This document shows, piece by piece, positions 45,729 through 55,213 of a stretch of DNA of 64,000 nucleotides (positions are counted from its first letter, which is position 1; each line of letters begins with the position of its first letter). Source of the DNA: an uncultured virus (IMG/VR IMGVR_UViG_3300034072_002247) (taxonomy: Duplodnaviria > Heunggongvirae > Uroviricota > Caudoviricetes); the IMG/VR virus record IMGVR_UViG_3300034072_002247. The stretch is one strand, 5' to 3'. The position numbers and the translations under genes are program-made. The notes under the pieces were generated by a model that made no database searches, was not told the DNA's origin, and saw only the letters and a list, made by a program, of their open reading frames with translations.

Positions 45729-46410
45729 ATCTCTTTATTGTCATAGTATTAAGATTTATTAAAGATAAAGCATTTCCAGAATAATAGCCAGTATCTAAAA
45801 ATACAATATTTTCGACTATTTTAGCTTCTTTTTGAATCTGGTGGCCAACAATTACATAATCTATATTCTTAATTTTTCTTACAAGCGAATTATTTCCTTT
45901 GCTTACAAGTTTTGAAATTGATCTATTCCACATATAACTTGAAATTTTTAATTGATCGTTATATTTAATTGAATCTAATGTCTTTTTCCAACAGTTATCT
46001 GGATATGCATGTATAATACCTACATTTCCTACTTGAATTGCGAAAGGTAGCTCTTTAAACTTATTAATAATTTCAAGTCTTGTTTCTATACTCTCTTTAA
46101 AAAACCAATCATTTCCATTTCTATTTTCTTTATTTCTATAGAATTCTTCATAACTTTTAAGTTTAATATCAATTATTATATCTTCATGATTTCCTCTTAT
46201 TGCAAAAAACCAATCTTCGTCAAGTAATTTAATTACTTTTTTATTTTCTAAACCTCTATCTGTTAAGTCTCCAACACAAAAAAGTCTATCTTTTTTAAAG
46301 TCAAAGTTAACTGATTTAAGTAAATTCATTAATGCTGTGTAGTGACCATGTATGTCTCCTACTACATAATCATTTCCTTTATTATTTTTATTGAAAATTT
46401 TATATAACAC
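45712..46410 (-). CDS. Ser/Thr metallophosphoesterase (PphA/lambda NinI-like)
   Basis: GDIHG, GDLTDRG, RGNHE, GH, LDTG. Confidence 0.9.
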   Translation of the reverse strand: MLYKIFNKNNKGNDYVVGDIHGHYTALMNLLKSVNFDFKKDRLFCVGDLTDRGLENKKVIKLLDEDWFFAIRGNHEDIIIDIKLKSYEEFYRNKENRNGNDWFFKESIETRLEIINKFKELPFAIQVGNVGIIHAYPDNCWKKTLDSIKYNDQLKISSYMWNRSISKLVSKGNNSLVRKIKNIDYVIVGHQIQKEAKIVENIVFLDTGYYSGNALSLINLNTMTIKRYEYNE

Positions 46411-46515
46411 TTTTATTTTACCTATTTTATAAAAGAGTATTATAGCAGCCTTTTAAATCTATTTCAATATTTTATTTATATGATATAATAATTTCATAAA
46501 CAAAAAAAATAAAAT

Positions 46516-47781
46516 ATGATATTCACTGGTTATTTAAAAGATATAGAAGAAGCATTTGAAAATAAATTTCATAAAAAACCATCAACTAAAGATGATTTTA
46601 ATGTTATAAATATATCACTTTATTCAATTTTAAAATCTTATTATTTTCAAGACAATTATAAGTATTTGCAAATTGGATTTAACAATAACGGAGAAACTGC
46701 ACTTTCATATGCAGATAATAATAAATTTGAGACAATTAAAATTGATGGGATGGAACCATTAAAATATGCTAAAAATATAGGTAAAAAAACTTTAAAAGAA
46801 TTAAAATCAGAAGATATTAATATCAATCATTTTCCTAAAAGATTTAGCTCACAAAAAGATTTTGATAATAAATCAAATTTAACAACTTTAAAGATAGATC
46901 ATCTTCCTTTAGAATGCCAAGAATTACTTAGCGAATTAAAAAATAAAAAATTTTATAAAGCATTATTGGAAGATTCCGATATAAAAAAAGAATTAGTAAT
47001 TAAATTAAAAGAAGATTATGTAATATCTGTTGTACCACAACTTGAAATAGAAAAATTTTTAGAATCTAAGTTTAAAGAACAAAATTTAAAAATTAATGAA
47101 ATATATGACTTTTTGAAATTAAATTATGATTTTAGATTTTTTGCTCAAGAATTAATTTCAAAAAATGAAAGAGCATTATTAAATTCAGTAGATATAGATA
47201 AATATAGTTTCAGCAAAATCAATAAAAATTTAAATAATAACTTTTTTATAATAGCTCATACAGCATATGAAATTGCAGGGATAGCTCCTGTAAATAAAAA
47301 TATTAACTTTTCTACAATTGTAAGATCACAAGATTTTTTTAATGTGACTAGTGTAATGGTTGCTTCTAATGCTAGAGGTAAAGGAATTGGAGTTAAAATG
47401 TTTGAAAAAGCTATTGAAGAAGCAATTAATAGAAACATATTTTTAGTAAGGACACAATCTACAGAACAAGGACAAAACTATTTGAAAACAAATATTGATA
47501 AATTAATTAAAGAAAAGAAAGCTCCTGTAATTGATGCTGAAGACGTTAATTATCTATATTCTCCTATTTTAAATATAATAAATGAACATAAAGATAAAAA
47601 TAAAATACATAAATCTATTTGTAATTTATTATCTGAAATTTCTGATTTTAAAACAGAAATTCAAGAAAGTAAAAAACACACAAAATCAATTGATGAGATT
47701 TATGTTTTGGAAGACAACTTAAAAAAATACATGGAAAATTTAGGCTCTAAAAAATCTAATAAATTTAAATTATTTAGTTGA
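46516..47781 (+). CDS. GNAT acetyltransferase-domain protein
   Basis: VMVASNARGKGIGVKMF motif A; STEQG. Confidence 0.75.
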   Translation: MIFTGYLKDIEEAFENKFHKKPSTKDDFNVINISLYSILKSYYFQDNYKYLQIGFNNNGETALSYADNNKFETIKIDGMEPLKYAKNIGKKTLKELKSEDININHFPKRFSSQKDFDNKSNLTTLKIDHLPLECQELLSELKNKKFYKALLEDSDIKKELVIKLKEDYVISVVPQLEIEKFLESKFKEQNLKINEIYDFLKLNYDFRFFAQELISKNERALLNSVDIDKYSFSKINKNLNNNFFIIAHTAYEIAGIAPVNKNINFSTIVRSQDFFNVTSVMVASNARGKGIGVKMFEKAIEEAINRNIFLVRTQSTEQGQNYLKTNIDKLIKEKKAPVIDAEDVNYLYSPILNIINEHKDKNKIHKSICNLLSEISDFKTEIQESKKHTKSIDEIYVLEDNLKKYMENLGSKKSNKFKLFS

Positions 47782-47891
47782 CAAAAAAAATAAAAAAATA
47801 GTTAGATGATCATATTTGATCATTAATTTAAAAGCGGTTATCCTTTATTAAAGAAAAAGTAATAAAAAAAGACCAATAATGGTCTTTTTTA

Positions 47892-48497
47892 TTAACTTAA
47901 AAGTTCAAACATTTTTAGATCATCTCCACATTTATTTTTTAGTCTATCTATCCAGGCTTGATTTTTAACTTTGCAGCGAATAATTTTATTTTTTAAAAAT
48001 GCTTTACCAATTACACCTTCAAATGTCATTCCAGAAAAATTACCTTCTTTTATTTCTTTCATAACAATTTGATTTAATCTAAATATGCCTAAAAATTCTG
48101 CCATATCTATATTATCAAAAGCCTTAATGTAATCTTTGGGTGGTAAATATCCTATTTTACCTATATGTGCATCTATTAATTTTACTTTAAAATTATCATT
48201 TTCTTCATGAAATCCTGCAAATGATTTATCTCCATAAAATTCAAAAAATAATGTACCATCCTGCCATTTATTTTTTTTAAAAATATCATATACTGCTTTT
48301 TCATTTTGCATTATTAAGTCTTTTGATAAATTTAAAATACCTGAATCATCAGACATCAACTTTTTTCTGGTTCCAAATTTATCAAATCCTTTTTTTAATG
48401 AGAATTCAACTCTTATATTGGAGCCATCTAATTTATCAAATAGATAATAATCTAAATCTTTTATAACTTCTTTATTAATACTTGGATACTGTTGCAT
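47892..48497 (-). CDS. small RNA-ligase-family nucleotidyltransferase (Rnl2-like)
   Basis: YPSI, DKLDGSN (motif I), FGTR, FFEFYG, FEGVI, KVKN. Confidence 0.75.
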   Translation of the reverse strand: MQQYPSINKEVIKDLDYYLFDKLDGSNIRVEFSLKKGFDKFGTRKKLMSDDSGILNLSKDLIMQNEKAVYDIFKKNKWQDGTLFFEFYGDKSFAGFHEENDNFKVKLIDAHIGKIGYLPPKDYIKAFDNIDMAEFLGIFRLNQIVMKEIKEGNFSGMTFEGVIGKAFLKNKIIRCKVKNQAWIDRLKNKCGDDLKMFELLS

Positions 48498-48539
48498 ATA
48501 AACCTCTCTAATTTATTAAGGCTTAATGCTTATTAAACC

Positions 48540-48623
48540 TTAAATTGATATTTTAACTTTTTGTTTATTAAATTTTTTAAGTTCTTTTTTAAAACATTTT
48601 TCAACAATTTTTTGGACTTTCAT
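48540..48623 (-). CDS. 27-aa Lys-rich uORF upstream of the RNA ligase
   Basis: AGGAGA SD; MKVQKIVEKCFKKELKKFNKQKVKISI. Confidence 0.55.
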   Translation of the reverse strand: MKVQKIVEKCFKKELKKFNKQKVKISI

Positions 48624-48648
48624 TTTTTAGTTCTCCTGTAATAAATTA

Positions 48649-49335
48649 TTATACATTTAAAATATCTAAGATAGATATATATTTTGTCATTTCTTCAATT
48701 TTTGGTACGTTCTCATTAAATTTTTTCTTTATTTCATTTTTAAAGATAGCAAAAACACCAGTTTTTATCATAAACTTTAAATTATCAATATTTTTAACAT
48801 TGTATTCAAATTTTTTACCTTTAAATATATAGTAATTATTAAAAATATCAACTTTAAAATTATAATTTTTTTCAAAAGTGTAAACTTGAAGAATAAATGA
48901 AGATCCTACATTTAAATTTAATTCTTCTTCTAGAAAAAGAAAATCTTTTTCTTTTAAATTAATCTTTAAAAAATTACTATTTTTATTCTCATATCCATTA
49001 AAAATTTCATTTAAATAACATTTCATTTCTTCTTTGAATTTATTTGATTCTTTTGAATTTAAATTATTAAAATTTACATCATTTTTTAAAAAAAATTTTT
49101 CTAAATCATCTAAACAATTTTCTGGATCAATTTTTATAGGCCCATAACCATTGGTTGCAATAGAGACTTCTTTCTTTTTTTCTTTGATTTTCAATTTTAC
49201 AATATCATTTAAATCTATATTTTCTTTTAAATATTTTGTTGATTTTAATACAATCTCAACTCCATCTTTATTAGATAATTTTTGAGATAGTTTATGAATT
49301 AAAATTTTACTTTCATTTATTTGATTATTAGACAT
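48649..49335 (-). CDS. hypothetical protein
   Basis: 228-aa ORF. Confidence 0.65.
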   Translation of the reverse strand: MSNNQINESKILIHKLSQKLSNKDGVEIVLKSTKYLKENIDLNDIVKLKIKEKKKEVSIATNGYGPIKIDPENCLDDLEKFFLKNDVNFNNLNSKESNKFKEEMKCYLNEIFNGYENKNSNFLKINLKEKDFLFLEEELNLNVGSSFILQVYTFEKNYNFKVDIFNNYYIFKGKKFEYNVKNIDNLKFMIKTGVFAIFKNEIKKKFNENVPKIEEMTKYISILDILNV

Positions 49336-49386
49336 TTTAAATACTGCCCTCTATATAAATAAAAATACAGTCTTAAACTGTATTCT

Positions 49387-49518
49387 TTACTTTTTTATAT
49401 TTCCATCTTGATCGCAATCAAGACATTCTTTTGAACAAATTTCTTTATAAACAGCTTTACAAACAATTCCAAATAGCAAAATTAAAATTCCGGTTCCAAT
49501 ATAAACTTCTATACCCAT
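49387..49518 (-). CDS. small membrane protein (43 aa), not in ORF track
   Basis: AAGGAGA SD; MGIEVYIGTGILILLFGIVCKAVYKEICSKECLDCDQDGNIKK. Confidence 0.6.
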   Translation of the reverse strand: MGIEVYIGTGILILLFGIVCKAVYKEICSKECLDCDQDGNIKK

Positions 49519-49628
49519 ATATTTCTCCTTCTTTTTCTTATTATATAGCATTGAAGTTTAAAAATCAATAAGTTTGACATTTTTTTAAGATTTGATAGTA
49601 TATTCATAATTACAATAGGAGCAATAAA

Positions 49629-50342
49629 ATGCAAAAAAACTTTAGTATAAAATATCCAGTGATAACATTTTTATCTTTATGTTTGCTATTTGTAAACTCA
49701 TATTTCTTTTTTGCAGTTTTCAAATATAATCAAAACATAAAATCTATTATCGAACCACTAAGTTCAGATACACAATTTTTTACTTTTTTGTCAAATTTTG
49801 GAAATTCCACAATATTATATAGCTCATTAACTTTATATGCAATTGTAATATTTCTTTCAGTATTTTCTTTTTTAGTTTTTCAAGAATTTAGAAATAAAAT
49901 TGCTTTAAATATTTTAATGATATTATTAGCTATTCCAACAGTGTTTTTTTCATATGACATTTATAAAAACCAAAACCTTCCAGAAGTAAGTTATACTATT
50001 TTACAAGAGGCTTTAAAAGATAAAGAGCTAATGAATAGTGATCCAATGACTAAAGCATTCTTAAATAACACTGATAAATATTATAAAGAATATACTGAAT
50101 CAAAAAACTTAGAAAATAGAATTAAATATTTAACATCATTTGAAGTATTTATGTATGACTTAAAAGGTGTTAAATCTATAAATAAAGATAATGCTGAAGA
50201 TTTTGTTATTGTTGTTCAAAATCATATTAAATATTTGTTAAATTATGAATATCTAAATAGAACTTTTATTTTATCTTTAATTTTTATGATATTATTTGAC
50301 CTATTTGTAATCTACACCGTAAGAAAAGAATTAAAACAGTAG
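49629..50342 (+). CDS. multi-pass membrane protein
   Basis: about four hydrophobic segments; AGGAG SD. Confidence 0.75.
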   Translation: MQKNFSIKYPVITFLSLCLLFVNSYFFFAVFKYNQNIKSIIEPLSSDTQFFTFLSNFGNSTILYSSLTLYAIVIFLSVFSFLVFQEFRNKIALNILMILLAIPTVFFSYDIYKNQNLPEVSYTILQEALKDKELMNSDPMTKAFLNNTDKYYKEYTESKNLENRIKYLTSFEVFMYDLKGVKSINKDNAEDFVIVVQNHIKYLLNYEYLNRTFILSLIFMILFDLFVIYTVRKELKQ

Positions 50343-50347
50343 TTAAT

Positions 50348-50695
50348 CTACTGTTTTTTATTTTTTAGCTTATTCTCATAATTTATTTTAAAACTAACCA
50401 AATCTTTTCTCTTTTCCTGATTAATTAATATTGATAATAAATTTGAATTATAAAAATCTATTATTTCATTTAATGTATTTTCATTAAAATTTTTATTATT
50501 TATAAAAACTTCATCTGAACCATTTATTATTGCTAATGTGCAAACTTTGACTTGATTTACAAAAGATAAATCATTTCCAGCTATTAATATATATTTTTCT
50601 TTTATGTTTAAAACACTATTGTTAATTTTTATTTTTAATAATTCATTTTTAAAATTTTCTAAATCAAAATTTTTACTATTACTAATTTTTATCAT
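50348..50695 (-). CDS. hypothetical protein
   Basis: ORF overlapping the upstream stop (ATGA coupling). Confidence 0.6.
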   Translation of the reverse strand: MIKISNSKNFDLENFKNELLKIKINNSVLNIKEKYILIAGNDLSFVNQVKVCTLAIINGSDEVFINNKNFNENTLNEIIDFYNSNLLSILINQEKRKDLVSFKINYENKLKNKKQ

Positions 50696-51750
50696 TTTAA
50701 TTCCATTTTATTTTTATTTTTTTTAACTAATAAACTTTGTGGCTCTTTTTTATTGAAAAAGTCTTCTGCTGTTTCATAGTATCTTACACCTTTAAATCCA
50801 TTGTCTTTTAAAGTTTTCAATAAGCTTTCCAAGCTTTCTTTAAGGTTTATTTTATCTACTTCTGTATGAAATTTATATTGTTCTTCATTTATTATATTGT
50901 TGTCTTTTAAATATTTAAATAATTTACATTTTTCTTTTTCATCTTTATATATAATTCCTAAATTTACTATATCTGTATTTTTATATTCTCTATTTAAAAA
51001 TTCTATTGGCTGATATAGTTCTAACTCTTCTTTAGCATATTCTATTAAAATATCTTTTAATCCTTTAGTTTCTACTCTTAACTCATCATTTCTTTTTCTA
51101 ACTTCCTCTAACATATCAGAAAAATCAGAAGCTTGATTGAAAAAGCTTATTTCAGCATATCTAAAATCATTTTTCATATCTTCTATTAAAGATTTTAATT
51201 TATCAATATCTTTCTTTTTATCCTTAATTTCTTCTAAAATGTTTTCATATTTTTCTTCTTCATCTTCAGGATCAGTTGAGTCTAATAATCTTTCAAGTTC
51301 ATCTAATTCTTTTTCTTCATCTTCTAAATGTTCATTTTTTTCTATATAATTATTTATTATTGATTCTACTTCTGAAGCTGCTCTATTTACATTTTTTACT
51401 TCATGAGTTAATTTATATTCAGCATTATTTTCAATGCCATTATTTATTTCAGTAATTATATTATTTATATCATTTCCATAATCTTCAAAAATCAATTCCA
51501 AAGTTTTTTCTGATAAATTTTCATATGTTGATACAATATCACTAGCCCAGCTTTCTAATTTGTCCATAGTTTTTATTAAATCACTTAATTCAGAAGCATT
51601 TATATAAGCATTATCATCAAATTCATCTATACGAAATCTGATTATTCTAGATCTTTGACTACCATCAAATAATAATGCATTAATTAAAGGACAGGTTATT
51701 CCGGGTTGACTAGTTATATTTAAAAGTTTATCATAAGATACTTGTTTCAT
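50692..51750 (-). CDS. acidic coiled-coil protein
   Basis: QPGITCPLI N-terminal motif; long E/K heptad region. Confidence 0.7.
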   Translation of the reverse strand: MKQVSYDKLLNITSQPGITCPLINALLFDGSQRSRIIRFRIDEFDDNAYINASELSDLIKTMDKLESWASDIVSTYENLSEKTLELIFEDYGNDINNIITEINNGIENNAEYKLTHEVKNVNRAASEVESIINNYIEKNEHLEDEEKELDELERLLDSTDPEDEEEKYENILEEIKDKKKDIDKLKSLIEDMKNDFRYAEISFFNQASDFSDMLEEVRKRNDELRVETKGLKDILIEYAKEELELYQPIEFLNREYKNTDIVNLGIIYKDEKEKCKLFKYLKDNNIINEEQYKFHTEVDKINLKESLESLLKTLKDNGFKGVRYYETAEDFFNKKEPQSLLVKKNKNKMELK

Positions 51751-51812
51751 TTTATAAATTTTATGTTTTTATTCATTATATCATATTTAAAAAAAATATT
51801 AAGGAGTATTTT

Positions 51813-52178
51813 TTGAATTTATTTAACAACTTAGACTCACATTTTTTTCCAACAATAATAAATGAAATCTTTGATTTTAAAATAGGCATAATTGCAAGAG
51901 ATAATTATGAAATTATACCTGATTTTATAATGTTTTTTTGCTTCTTAGATGAGTTCAATGAATTTGTTATTGATTTAAATGGAGTTCATGAATTTAAAAA
52001 ATACAAAGATGAAATATTAAATAATAACAAAGATTATTATATTATTAGTTGTAATGGAGAAATGATTAGAAACTTGCAAAAAAATAACATTCTTTCTAAC
52101 ATACCAAAAAATATTAAAAAAGATCTTATAGAAGAAGCAAAAAAAATTTTATTATCTTATGAAAACATTTTAAAATAA
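51813..52178 (+). CDS. hypothetical protein
   Basis: AAGGAG SD, TTG start. Confidence 0.6.
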   Translation: MNLFNNLDSHFFPTIINEIFDFKIGIIARDNYEIIPDFIMFFCFLDEFNEFVIDLNGVHEFKKYKDEILNNNKDYYIISCNGEMIRNLQKNNILSNIPKNIKKDLIEEAKKILLSYENILK

Positions 52179-52248
52179 CTATTGACATTTTATTTTTTTT
52201 ATTATATTATTTAATGTTAAATTTTAAAAATATCTAGGAGATAAAAAA

Positions 52249-54468
52249 ATGAATTATCAAGAAAATGTAATCTTATTGAATCGCAAGCAATCTATAGTAG
52301 TAAGCAATAATGGTAATGAAAATAACCATAATGCTGTTATGGCTATTATAGCAGAAATTGCTCAATTTGGTTATACACTTGATAAAAGTTTAATAGAAGC
52401 ATTGTCAAAACTTTCTTTGGAAGACTTAAAAGTTTATAAAGAATTCTTAGTTAAAGAACTTTCTTTTATTGTAGGTTCACATGTAAAATATGTGCCTTTA
52501 TTTATAAACTTTCCTAATAATCTTTTGGATACTGAATTTTTATATCAGAAAAAAATATTAGGTATAATTCAAAATCTTTTTAATTTAAATGATTCTGGTT
52601 CTGTATTAGCTTGTGGTCATTTTATTGATACTAGATTATTTAATTTAGATAATTACTCTTGCTGTCCTATATGTGAACAACAAGATGAAGAACTTTATTC
52701 AAAAGCTCTAGAATCTTTAGAACCTAAAGCTAAAACTTCTTTTGATGCTATTAGATTAAAAGTTATAAAATTAACTTCAGAAGATAGTTTATTTTCTATA
52801 TTTAAAAATCTATTGTCAGCTAATACTTCTATATCTGAAAATGATAAAGAAGTTATTTCTTATGTTGTTAAAAATTATAAAAATAGAATAGAAGAACTAT
52901 TACCAGAAAAAATTTCACAAAAAGAAATTATTGCATATTTATCTGGTTTATTAATGGTTCATGTTGATAATTATTTAGAGTTAATAAATAAATACAATAA
53001 AACAGCAGTTGATATCCTTAGATTAGCAGTTTCATTTTCTAATGGTGATATTTCATTAGCTGAAAAAACTAAATTTAAGCTATCAAACAAACAAAGAAAA
53101 CTAATTATGTCATTATTAAACAATGTTAATAATGCTGAAGTTGACATGTTAAGATATCGTGAAGAATTTTTAAGATTAGGTGAAGTTTTACATATAGGTT
53201 CATTTAAAAACAAATATAAAAACACTTATAAATCATTTCAGTTAATTAGAAATAATTCTAAAGATATAGAGACATTTTCTAAAAAAGTAGAATCTTTAAT
53301 AAAATCTTTAAAAGATTCTAAAAATAAAGATTTTATTGTACAACAACTTGTTAATATTTTATCTACAAGAGAAGGTGAATTTGCTCGTAAATTAGATTTA
53401 TTATTAAGAAATTCAAATAATAAATTTGATGTTGTTTCATCTTTTATTACTGTTATATCAAAAGTTAAGACTCCTATGTTATTAACTCTATTAAAGCATT
53501 TCCAGCATAGAAGTTTTAAAAAAGAATATCGTTCTTTCTTACCAAAAGGTAGCTTTGCTAAAATAAAATATTTAGAAGGAGATGATAGAGAAACTATTGA
53601 TATATTAGTTTGTAATGAAATAGTATCTAAAATAAGAGAAGAATTAATCACAAGATTTTCTAAGAAAGAATCTTTAGGTAATGTTTTATTATCAAAAGAA
53701 TTAATGGATATCATTATACCTAGCAGCCAAAGAAGTGCTACTAAGTCCTTATTGAATATACCTAGAGGTTCAAGAATTAAACTTGATAACAAACCATTTA
53801 TAAGACTTTATACTTATTGGAAACATCCTTCTGATGTCGATCTAACAGCTTGCTGCTATGATAAAGATCTTAAAAAAATAATGGATATATCTTATTATAA
53901 CTTAAGTGGTTTTGGTAAGAGTATTCATTCTGGAGATATCAGAAATGGTCGCCTTGGTGCTACTGAATTTATTGATCTAGATATAGAAGAGTTTAAGAGA
54001 AGAAAAATTAAATATGTTGGAGTATTAGTTTATTCTTATAGTGGAGAGAAATTCTCTGATATGGAATGCTTTGCTGGATTTATGGAAAAAGACTCCCCTG
54101 ATAGCAATCAATTTGATGCAACTCAGTTAGTTCATAAATTCAATATTAGTTCTCCTACAACTCAATGTATTCCTATGATGTTTGATATTGAAAACAATGA
54201 GTTTATATGGATGGATATTAGTGTTAAATGTGGTAATATTTACGCTAATGGTGTAAATACTAATAAACATGTTGTAGAAAAAATGAAATCAGTTTTAGAT
54301 TTTAAAAATCAAAAGTCTTCAATGTTTGACCTTTTAGAATTACATTCTTTAGGTAGAGCAACTAGAGTTGATTATGAAAAAGTAAAAGATGTTGAATACG
54401 ATACTGTATTTGATATTGAAATACTAAAAGATATAGATGTTATAATGTCAAAATACTTAGAATCTTGA
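52249..54468 (+). CDS. prokaryotic RING finger + helical (ROT/TROVE-like) repeats + C-terminal TerD-like domain
   Basis: CGH...YSCCPIC finger; TAVDILRLA...S.GD.SL, GEFARKLD.LLR; TerD-like DVDL, HSGDI, ATEFIDLD. Confidence 0.75.
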   Translation: MNYQENVILLNRKQSIVVSNNGNENNHNAVMAIIAEIAQFGYTLDKSLIEALSKLSLEDLKVYKEFLVKELSFIVGSHVKYVPLFINFPNNLLDTEFLYQKKILGIIQNLFNLNDSGSVLACGHFIDTRLFNLDNYSCCPICEQQDEELYSKALESLEPKAKTSFDAIRLKVIKLTSEDSLFSIFKNLLSANTSISENDKEVISYVVKNYKNRIEELLPEKISQKEIIAYLSGLLMVHVDNYLELINKYNKTAVDILRLAVSFSNGDISLAEKTKFKLSNKQRKLIMSLLNNVNNAEVDMLRYREEFLRLGEVLHIGSFKNKYKNTYKSFQLIRNNSKDIETFSKKVESLIKSLKDSKNKDFIVQQLVNILSTREGEFARKLDLLLRNSNNKFDVVSSFITVISKVKTPMLLTLLKHFQHRSFKKEYRSFLPKGSFAKIKYLEGDDRETIDILVCNEIVSKIREELITRFSKKESLGNVLLSKELMDIIIPSSQRSATKSLLNIPRGSRIKLDNKPFIRLYTYWKHPSDVDLTACCYDKDLKKIMDISYYNLSGFGKSIHSGDIRNGRLGATEFIDLDIEEFKRRKIKYVGVLVYSYSGEKFSDMECFAGFMEKDSPDSNQFDATQLVHKFNISSPTTQCIPMMFDIENNEFIWMDISVKCGNIYANGVNTNKHVVEKMKSVLDFKNQKSSMFDLLELHSLGRATRVDYEKVKDVEYDTVFDIEILKDIDVIMSKYLES

Positions 54469-54470
54469 TT

Positions 54471-55211
54471 CTAAGTATTTTTTAATTTATTTTTATTTTT
54501 AATATTATCTTTAAAAAAATCGCTCAATAATTCAGGAGATATTTTTAAATCTTCAAGCATATTTCTTCCTTTATGCTCTACTCTAAGTTCAGTTAACTCG
54601 TATATTTCATCTTCATCAGTTATACCTTCGTATTCTTCAAAATAATCTGGTAGTCCATATCCTGTTTGGCAAGAATAATTATCATAATCAAAAACTCCAT
54701 CATCAAAAAGATTTTCAACTTCTAATGGCGTTAATCCTCCAGAATTTTCAATAAACTCTAATGCATGCTGAATTTCATGAGTTAACGTTACTAGATATCT
54801 ATTTAAACAATCTTCTTTATTTAAAAAATACGCTTTATGATTAGTATAAAATTTATTAAAATCATTTATGCTTGCGTTTACTAGAACTATGAATTCATCT
54901 GCTATATAACTTTCTCCAAGTACACCATCACCATTTGATATATTGAACAAGCCATAAGTCTTTTCAGCAATTTCTTCCTCAAAAAAATGTTTAAAAATTT
55001 CATTACTATCTACTAATAATATTCTTATTTTAATTTCTTCTGGAAAATCTATTTCTTTATAATTTTCTTTATGTTTATTTTCTATAAATATATTTTTTTC
55101 GTTTAATCTATCTGTTATATGTTCAAATAAATTAACTAACTTAGATTCTTCTTTAAAATTATAATCCGTTAATTCAGATTTAAACTTTTCTATTTCAAAT
55201 TTTATTTTCAT
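54471..55211 (-). CDS. zincin-like metallopeptidase-motif protein
   Basis: TLTHEIQHALE plus downstream E; start at MKIKF avoids overlap with the upstream gene. Confidence 0.65.
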   Translation of the reverse strand: MKIKFEIEKFKSELTDYNFKEESKLVNLFEHITDRLNEKNIFIENKHKENYKEIDFPEEIKIRILLVDSNEIFKHFFEEEIAEKTYGLFNISNGDGVLGESYIADEFIVLVNASINDFNKFYTNHKAYFLNKEDCLNRYLVTLTHEIQHALEFIENSGGLTPLEVENLFDDGVFDYDNYSCQTGYGLPDYFEEYEGITDEDEIYELTELRVEHKGRNMLEDLKISPELLSDFFKDNIKNKNKLKNT

Positions 55212-55213
55212 AG

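Noticed and set aside
52971..53792. Antisense ORFs of 84 and 184 aa, and similar ones at 4048, 8211, 10041, 10641, 17420, 18700, 35691, 42240, 45083, 47256, 51137, 56214, 57504, 60586
   Set aside because: Opposite-strand shadows of well-supported genes, without SD or motifs.
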